The position numbers and the translations under genes were made by a program. 32,199 nt of DNA, taken from positions 1 to 32,199 of the forward strand of contig DPVY01000086.1 in assembly GCA_003527965.1 (NCBI GenBank). Reading direction: 5' to 3'. Below are positions 28,309-32,199 of this stretch, piece after piece. The number at the start of each line of letters is the position of its first letter. Within the stretch, counting starts at the first letter, position 1. The stretch comes from Fidelibacterota bacterium (GTDB lineage: Bacteria > Fidelibacterota > UBA2242). A model generated the notes under the pieces. That model was not told where the DNA came from. It did not search any database and was given only the letters and a program-made list of their open reading frames with translations.

Positions 28309-29072
28309 TAGACGAAATTAAAAGCTTAGTTGAACAATATGTACTTTGGCTTAAAGAAAAAACCACGTTAAAGCAAGTGGGTGCCAACTGGGTACAAATC
28401 ACCACACCATATTTGGACAGACATAATGATTGCCTCCAAATTTACACTAAAAAGCAAAACGGTGGATATATAATCACTGATGATGGCTACATTATTGACG
28501 ATCTTCTGAACTCCGGCTGTAAGTTGGACAGCCTAAAACGGCAAGAACTGTTAAAAATGACACTTGCGGGTTTTGGCGTGGGGAAAAAGGATAATGCCTT
28601 AGAGATTTACGCAACACGTGAGAACTTCGCATTCAAAAAGCACAATCTTTTACAAGCCATGTTGGCTGTGAACGATTTGTTTTTCTTGGCTTCTCCAATG
28701 GTTGCCAGCTTGTTTTACGAGGATGTTGTGGCATGGCTGGATTTGGTGGACATCCGATATACACCGAAGGTCAAGTTCACTGGAAAAAGTGGGTATGATC
28801 ATATGTTTGACTTTGTGATTCCTAAATCAAAAGCCAAACCGGAAAGGATACTTCAAACAATTAATAGGCCCAATCGTGATACAGCCGAGGCTTTGGCTTT
28901 CAAATGGGTGGACACACGAGAGGTACGCCCTCCGGAATCGAAGGTATACGCTATCTTGAATGATCAGAGTCACCCTGTTCCTCAGGGGGTTATTGACGCA
29001 TTAAAGAATTATGACACCAGCCCAGTGTTATGGAGTGTAAGAGGAGAAGTCCGCGAGGAACTTGCTGCATGA
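28305..29072 (+). CDS. hypothetical protein Y (255 aa), possibly DUF1828+DUF1829 architecture
   Basis: ATGA overlap with X. Blocks [19 protein letters not shown] and [17 protein letters not shown]...ERILQTIN. The family assignment is from memory and unverified. Confidence 0.7.
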   Translation: MIDEIKSLVEQYVLWLKEKTTLKQVGANWVQITTPYLDRHNDCLQIYTKKQNGGYIITDDGYIIDDLLNSGCKLDSLKRQELLKMTLAGFGVGKKDNALEIYATRENFAFKKHNLLQAMLAVNDLFFLASPMVASLFYEDVVAWLDLVDIRYTPKVKFTGKSGYDHMFDFVIPKSKAKPERILQTINRPNRDTAEALAFKWVDTREVRPPESKVYAILNDQSHPVPQGVIDALKNYDTSPVLWSVRGEVREELAA

Positions 29073-29170
29073 TCCACCATCTTAATGAAAATATAATCGA
29101 GCAAATGACGCTGGTCTGGTTCAAGAATCTTGGCTATGCCATCGCGTTCGGCCCCGACATCAGCCCGGAC
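29069..29170 (+). pseudogene. hsdR: 5' stub of an hsdR gene (about 34 codons)
   Basis: [34 protein letters not shown] parallels the start of the intact HsdR ([34 protein letters not shown]). Its ATG overlaps the Y stop (ATGA). Similarity is lost after about 29170. Confidence 0.75.
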
Positions 29171-29268
29171 CTGTTTTGGCGGGCTTCGCAAAGGCAAGCA
29201 GGAATCCCAGATGCTGAGAAGTTCATTAAGCCTGCCTATGCGTTACACGCAGACAGGGAGGTCGGCGT

Positions 29269-29529
29269 ATGAACAACGAAATTGTATTCTACAGCACGCC
29301 GAATGGTGATAAGAAAGTCGAGGTATTGTTTCAGGATGAGAATTTTTGGTTGACGCAGAAGGCTATTGCGCGGTTATTTGGGGTTGAAGTGCCCGCCATC
29401 AGCAAGCACCTGAAAAACATCTTTGAATCCGGGGAATTGGTGGCGGATTCAGTTATTTCCATTTTGGAAACAACTCGCCATGAGGGTCGTCGTAGCGTTA
29501 AACACAAGCAAGAGAGTAATGATGAGTAA
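29269..29529 (+). pseudogene. rhuM: RhuM-family protein, N-terminal fragment only
   Basis: [62 protein letters not shown] matches the RhuM N-terminal domain. The ORF ends at 86 aa, whereas by recollection full-length members are several-fold longer. Confidence 0.7.
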
Positions 29530-32199
29530 AACTTCCGAAAACACACTCGAACAAACCGCCCTAATGTGGTTTGAAGACCTCGGCTATACTGTCAGGTTCG
29601 GTCCTGATATTGCCTTTGACGGTCTTCAGCCGGAACGTTCTGCTGAAGCTAATTATACCGATGTCGTTCTTGCGGACAGATTGCGCTCAGCCCTGGAACG
29701 GATCAATCCCGGTCTTCCTACAGACGCTATCGATGATGCTGTCCGTCAGATCAGCCATCCGGAAAGCCCGGCACTGATTATCAACAACCGCCGCTTCCAT
29801 AAAATGCTCACCGATGGCGTTGATACTTCCTGGATGAATCACGATGGGGAGCAAAACGGCAAGGTCTGGCTTTTCGATCTCAAAGATATTGATAATAACG
29901 ATTGGCTGGCGGTCAATCAGTTCACAGTGGTGGAAGACAAGCGGGAACGCCGCCCCGATATAGTAGTTTTTATTAACGGTCTGCCGATTGCCGTCATCGA
30001 GTTAAAGAACCCGGCGGATGAAAAGGCAACTATCAAGCATGCTTTCAATCAACTTCAAACCTATAAATCGCAGATACCGTCACTGTTCGTATATAATGAA
30101 TTACTGATAATTTCCGACGGCTTACAGGCACGGGCGGGCGCTCTGACTTCGGGCTGGGATCGCTTCATGCCCTGGCGCACGATTGACGGAACCGATCTAT
30201 ACCGCGAACCCGGCAACGAGAAACAGACCGATGGGGTGGTGCAGCCCGGATTGGAGACACTCCTCAAAGGCGTCTTCAGTAAACAGTTATTGCTCGATTA
30301 CATTCTTAATTTCATCACCTTTGAAGACGATGGCGGTGATACGACAACCATCGCCAAGAAGGCTGCCGGTTATCATCAGTACCATGCGGTAAACAAAGCT
30401 ATCGAATGTACGCTCTCCGCCTGTGGCATTGACGCGGATAGCAAACAAATCTACGGTCGTTTTCTGGATGCGGAGCGGGTCGATCCTTTTAAGTCGAAAG
30501 AAGATAATCCCAAATGGGGTAAAGGTTCATCCCACTTTGGGGATAAACGGATCGGCGTCATCTGGCATACCCAGGGCTCCGGTAAAAGCCTGTCCATGGC
30601 GTTCTATGCCGGTAAAGTCATTCGTCATCCTGCCATGCAGAATCCTACCGTTCTGGTCATTACCGATCGCAACGATCTGGACGAGCAGTTGTTCGGGACA
30701 TTCTCAGTCAACTACTCTCTATTGAGACAGAAGCCGGTACAGGCGGATAGCAGAGTCAATTTGCGGGAACTGTTGTCTGTGGCATCCGGCGGGGTCGTAT
30801 TCTCTACGATCCAGAAGTTCTTTCCTGACCAGAAAGGTGATGAACATCCGCTTCTGAGCGACCGTCGGAATATTGTAGTGATCGCTGACGAAGCCCATCG
30901 CAGCCAGTACGACTTTATCGATGGTTTTGCCCGTCATCTGCACGACGCCTTGCCCAATGCCTCGTTTATCGGCTTCAGCGGTACGCCCATCGAAAGCCGT
31001 GATAAAAACACACCGGCTGTGTTTGGTGATTATATTGACAAATACGACATCCTTCAGGCTGTGGAAGATGGCGCTACGGTTCGCATCTATTATGAAAGCC
31101 GCTTGGCCAAACTCGAACTGAACGAAAGCGAAAAGCCCAAAATCGATCCGGAATTTGAAGAGATTACCGAAGCCGAAGAAGAAGAAACCCGGAAGCAGCG
31201 ATTACGATCTAAGTGGGCATCGTTGGAAGCTATGGTGGGAACAGAAAAGCGTATCGGATTGGTTGCGGCTGATCTGGTGCAACATTTTGAAGACCGGGAT
31301 GCTGCCATGTCGGGAAAAGCCCTGATCGTCTGTATGAGCCGTCGCATCTGTGTGGACATGTACAACGCTATTATCAAACTGCGCCCCGAATGGCATAGCC
31401 CGGATGACAAAACCGGCGCTGTCAAGATCGTGATGTCCGGTTCGGCGTCTGATGAAATCTCCTGGCAACCTCATATCCGCACCAAAAAAGCCCGGGAAGC
31501 GATTGCGAAACGCTTTAAGGATTACAACGATGATCTGAAACTGGTCATTGTCCGTGATATGTGGCTTACGGGATTCGACTGCCCAAGCATGCACACCATG
31601 TATGTTGATAAACCGATGGCGGGTCATAATCTCATGCAGGCAATCGCCCGCGTCAACAGGGTCTTTCGGGATAAGCAGGGCGGATTGGTTGTCGATTACC
31701 TGGGGCTGGCGGACTCACTGAGAGCGGCGATGCGCACCTACGCTGTTAGTGGTGGTAAAGGCGCTGCCCATGTTGACCAGGAACAAGCGGTGGCGGTCAT
31801 GCTTGAAAAATACCAGGTCGTCAAGGACATGCTCCACGGTTACGATTATATGCCGATATTGAAATCCAGACCGGCAGACCGGATTAAAGGTATCGCAATG
31901 ACTATGGATTTCATACTCGGGCTGGAAGACGGAAAGAAGCGGTTCCTCTATGCCGTATCAGCTCTGTCCAAAGCTTTTGCTCTGTCAGTACCCCATGAAA
32001 AGTCGCTTGAGATACGCGATGAAGTGGGACTATTCCAGGAGATACGCTCCGGACTGGTCAAAGCGACTGTTTCCGAATCCGAACGGTCGCCTGAGGAGAT
32101 AGAATCCGCAATCAAGCAGCTGGTATCCAGGGCGGTTTCATCTACGGAAATCGTTGATATATTCGCAGCCGCCGGATTGAAGGAGCCGGATATATCCAT
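29519..32199 (+). CDS. hsdR: Type I restriction enzyme R subunit HsdR (3' end beyond window)
   Basis: Not in the ORF track because it has no stop in the window. My translation from the ATG at 29519 stays open for about 893 codons. Motifs: PD-(D/E)xK nuclease region [18 protein letters not shown], helicase motif [30 protein letters not shown], then [12 protein letters not shown] and QAIARVNR. Confidence 0.95.
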   Translation, partial: MMSKTSENTLEQTALMWFEDLGYTVRFGPDIAFDGLQPERSAEANYTDVVLADRLRSALERINPGLPTDAIDDAVRQISHPESPALIINNRRFHKMLTDGVDTSWMNHDGEQNGKVWLFDLKDIDNNDWLAVNQFTVVEDKRERRPDIVVFINGLPIAVIELKNPADEKATIKHAFNQLQTYKSQIPSLFVYNELLIISDGLQARAGALTSGWDRFMPWRTIDGTDLYREPGNEKQTDGVVQPGLETLLKGVFSKQLLLDYILNFITFEDDGGDTTTIAKKAAGYHQYHAVNKAIECTLSACGIDADSKQIYGRFLDAERVDPFKSKEDNPKWGKGSSHFGDKRIGVIWHTQGSGKSLSMAFYAGKVIRHPAMQNPTVLVITDRNDLDEQLFGTFSVNYSLLRQKPVQADSRVNLRELLSVASGGVVFSTIQKFFPDQKGDEHPLLSDRRNIVVIADEAHRSQYDFIDGFARHLHDALPNASFIGFSGTPIESRDKNTPAVFGDYIDKYDILQAVEDGATVRIYYESRLAKLELNESEKPKIDPEFEEITEAEEEETRKQRLRSKWASLEAMVGTEKRIGLVAADLVQHFEDRDAAMSGKALIVCMSRRICVDMYNAIIKLRPEWHSPDDKTGAVKIVMSGSASDEISWQPHIRTKKAREAIAKRFKDYNDDLKLVIVRDMWLTGFDCPSMHTMYVDKPMAGHNLMQAIARVNRVFRDKQGGLVVDYLGLADSLRAAMRTYAVSGGKGAAHVDQEQAVAVMLEKYQVVKDMLHGYDYMPILKSRPADRIKGIAMTMDFILGLEDGKKRFLYAVSALSKAFALSVPHEKSLEIRDEVGLFQEIRSGLVKATVSESERSPEEIESAIKQLVSRAVSSTEIVDIFAAAGLKEPDIS

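Noticed and set aside
29030-29272. 80-aa ORF as a real gene.
   Set aside because: Its start lies inside gene Y. The meaningful part is the 34-codon hsdR stub, and the rest has no coding character.
29571-31627. Track ORFs 29571-29777, 30061-30267, 30183-30392, 30423-30725, 30719-30943, 30921-31121, 31090-31425, 31202-31627 and 31948-32199.
   Set aside because: All overlap the long open hsdR frame starting at 29519, which the track omits only because it has no stop codon within the window.

Overview
Bacterial chromosomal window. It may come from an uncultured FCB-group-like organism, judging by a short 285-aa primary-type sigma factor and a CarboxypepD_reg-type TonB receptor; this taxonomy is inference only. 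Layout, left to right: (1) 61-5776: an AT-rich housekeeping string on the minus strand, tRNA-Leu then tig-clpP-clpX-lon. (2) 6035-14709: a visibly GC-richer block with secA, nusB and a five-gene plus-strand sugar cluster (PIG-L deacetylase, GATase-like protein, PPi-type phosphofructokinase, SIS-domain protein, ROK kinase). (3) 14.8-18.9 kb: an accessory patch. A TonB-dependent receptor and a His-rich small membrane protein are bracketed by 103-nt direct repeats, followed by an AT-rich spacer full of palindromes with one orphan ORF. (4) 18.9-22.5 kb: HNH-deoC-phosphohexomutase, rpsU, rpoD. (5) 22.6 kb to the window end: tRNA-Pro and tRNA-Arg, a degraded integrase, and a mosaic Type I restriction-modification island. 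The island holds a frameshifted hsdM, a YhcG/DUF1016 nuclease gene, hsdS, two translationally coupled genes of unknown function, a 5' stub of an older hsdR, a truncated rhuM, and an intact hsdR. That hsdR runs off the window end, and the ORF track misses it because it has no stop codon in the window. The best candidate for an undescribed system is the hsdS-coupled two-gene cassette at 27859-29072. No CRISPR array, transposase or reverse transcriptase was seen.
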